Positions 59,824-62,392 of a stretch of DNA of 62,392 nt are shown piece after piece. The notes beneath the pieces are model-generated. The model made no database searches and was not told the DNA's origin. It saw only the letters and a list, made by a program, of their open reading frames with translations. Position numbers and translations under genes: made by a program. This DNA is from Sphingomonadaceae bacterium (lineage in GTDB: Bacteria > Chloroflexota > UBA6077): positions 1 through 62,392 of the forward strand of contig JBLNDL010000031.1 in the NCBI GenBank assembly GCA_050261575.1, given 5' to 3'. The stretch's first letter is position 1, and each line of letters begins with the position of its first letter.

Positions 59824-60969
59824 CTAAGCCTCCTTCGGCAATCCGCGCTCCTCGATGGGGACGTACGGCACGTCTCGCGGCCCCACGTACTCGGCCAGTG
59901 GCCTGATCAGCCGGTTGTGGGCGTACTGCTCCAGGATGTGAGCAGTCCACCCTGCGCACCGGGCCATGGCGAAGACGGGGGTCATCAGGTCGGTGGGGAT
60001 GCCGAGCAGGTGGTAGACCTGGGCGGAGACGAAGTCCAGGTTGGCGTTCAGCCCCGTCTCCCGCATCATCACCTCTTCCACCTTGCGGGCCGTGTCGTAC
60101 AGCCGGGTCTCGCCTGTCTCCCTGGCCAGCTCGGCCGCGTACGGGCGCAGCTCGGTGGCCCTGGGGTCCGCGGTCTTGTAGACCCGATGCCCGAAGCCCG
60201 GCACCTTCTTCCTTTGAGAGATGAGACCCAGGACGTATCGCTCCGCGTTTTCGGGGGAGCCGATCTCCTCAAGCATCTGCATCACCTCCTCGTTGGCGCC
60301 ACCGTGCAGTGGCCCGTCCAGGGTGCCTATTGCGGCGGTGACGGCGGAGTAGATGTCAGCAAGGGTGGAGGCGGCGACGCGCGCCGAAAACGTGGATGCA
60401 TTGAGTTCGTGATCGGCGTGGACGACCAGAGCGACGTCGAGGATGCGAGCCTTGCGCTCCGAAGGCTTCTCGCCCGTGAGCATGTAGAGAAAGTTTGCTG
60501 CGGTGCTCAACTCGCGGGTGGGGGCGATGACGGGCTGCTTCTGGCGGGCCCGGTGGTAGGTGGCGATGATGGTGGGCATGCGGGCTGTGAGGGAGATCGC
60601 CCGCTTCTGGTCCTCCTCCAGGTTGTGGTCCGTTCCGCCGGGATCGTGACCTGAAAGGGCGGACACGGCGGTGCGCAGACTTTCCATGGAATCCCAGGCT
60701 GGCATGAAGTCCACGATCATCCGCTGGACCTCGTCCGGAAGGGCCCTATTGGCGAAGAACTGCGCCATCAGGTCGTCGAACTGATCCTGGGTCGGCAGCT
60801 CTCCATACCAGAGGAGGTAGGCCGTCTCCGGGTAGGTGGAGTGGGCGGCGAGATCGTGGATGTCTATACCCCTGTAGGCCAGCTTTCCTTGCGTTCCGTC
60901 CACCATGCAGATGGAGGAAGAGAGGGCCACCACCCCCTCCAGGCCACCCTTCTTGTCTGGCATTTCCAT
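59824..60969 (-). CDS. Citrate synthase / 2-methylcitrate synthase
   Basis: HADHELNASTF, GPLHGGAN, GFGHRVYK, DPRA, NLDF. Confidence 0.93.
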   Translation of the reverse strand: MEMPDKKGGLEGVVALSSSICMVDGTQGKLAYRGIDIHDLAAHSTYPETAYLLWYGELPTQDQFDDLMAQFFANRALPDEVQRMIVDFMPAWDSMESLRTAVSALSGHDPGGTDHNLEEDQKRAISLTARMPTIIATYHRARQKQPVIAPTRELSTAANFLYMLTGEKPSERKARILDVALVVHADHELNASTFSARVAASTLADIYSAVTAAIGTLDGPLHGGANEEVMQMLEEIGSPENAERYVLGLISQRKKVPGFGHRVYKTADPRATELRPYAAELARETGETRLYDTARKVEEVMMRETGLNANLDFVSAQVYHLLGIPTDLMTPVFAMARCAGWTAHILEQYAHNRLIRPLAEYVGPRDVPYVPIEERGLPKEA

Positions 60970-61180
60970 TACCCCCTAGCGGTGCCGCGGATAGGTCCGA
61001 CTGAGCGTGGCAGCCGGTGCTGAAGGTGGCAACATCCGCAACTTCAGTGCCCAGGGGATTCACGGTCTCGTGCGGATATGCGACGGCACTGGGGCCAGCG
61101 AGGGGTGACTGGGGTGGCTGGCAGGGTGGCGGCCCGTTCCGCCTACTGCGGACGGAACAGGCCGTTGCGCGGCTGCTGAC

Positions 61181-61945
<765 letters not shown>

Positions 61946-62121
61946 TTTCGTTCTCCCACCGAGTTGATGGCGCCATTATACTCCCTGCGGGTTCGCTTCG
62001 ATTATGTCATAATTTGCGATAAGTAATTCGCTATGCGTGAAAACAAGTCGTCAGCCACTCGTGGCGAACGCACCCATTCCCACTTCCACCATCCGAAAGG
62101 CTAGATAGGACCTGCCGCTGC

Positions 62122-62392
62122 ATGGATAGCGCTGTCGTGGTCGCGAGTCGAGGAGAGACAGGTACGGGGTCGAGTTCGGGCCGTCCAACGGAGGGGATCC
62201 GATTCTGGATCGTCCCCCACACCCACTGGGATAGGGAATGGTATCTGCCATTTCAACTGTTCCGTCTCTTCCTGGTCCGCATGGTGGACGAGCTGATGGA
62301 CACCCTGGAGGGCGATGCCTCCTTCACCTCCTTCACGCTGGACGGCCAGGCCGTGCTGCTGGAGGACTACCTCGCCGCCAGGCCCGAATCCA
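62122..62392 (+). CDS. GH38 alpha-mannosidase / mannosylglycerate hydrolase-like, 5' part only (cut by window end)
   Basis: Manual translation: MDSAVVV...IVPHTHWDREWYLPFQ...FTLDGQAVLLEDYL; absent from the ORF track. Confidence 0.88.
   Translation, partial: MDSAVVVASRGETGTGSSSGRPTEGIRFWIVPHTHWDREWYLPFQLFRLFLVRMVDELMDTLEGDASFTSFTLDGQAVLLEDYLAARPES

Overview
A GC-rich bacterial chromosomal segment of mostly metabolic, envelope and regulatory genes. A Chloroflexota-like origin is inferred from Ala/Pro/Thr-tethered lipoprotein solute-binding proteins, a T-box and GT-C genes. In order along the window: a methylmalonyl-CoA operon, a polyprenol-dependent glycosylation cluster, a ferredoxin-NADP reductase, a GT4 fusion, acs, a class II aldolase, a degenerate DHH-like protein, a TsaA-FmdE fusion with moeA, an orphan Mo/W ABC ATPase, lepB and livK. 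Then come a sensor-less histidine kinase/response regulator pair divergent from two atypical Gre factors, a Cys-rich protein and a stand-alone GAF protein, followed by MoxR-DUF58-DUF4129, NlpC/P60, a Liv-type ABC operon under a T-box with a UGG (Trp) specifier, htpX with a two-component system, sucAB, a glycoside hydrolase, a citrate synthase-prpD-comA-like operon, an SDR and the start of a GH38. I saw no tRNA, rRNA, CRISPR array or transposase. The best candidates for an undescribed system are the split-kinase/double-Gre/Cys-rich module (29138-32803) and the prpC-prpD-comA-like operon without prpB (57559-60969). All calls come from reading motifs by eye; no searches were run.
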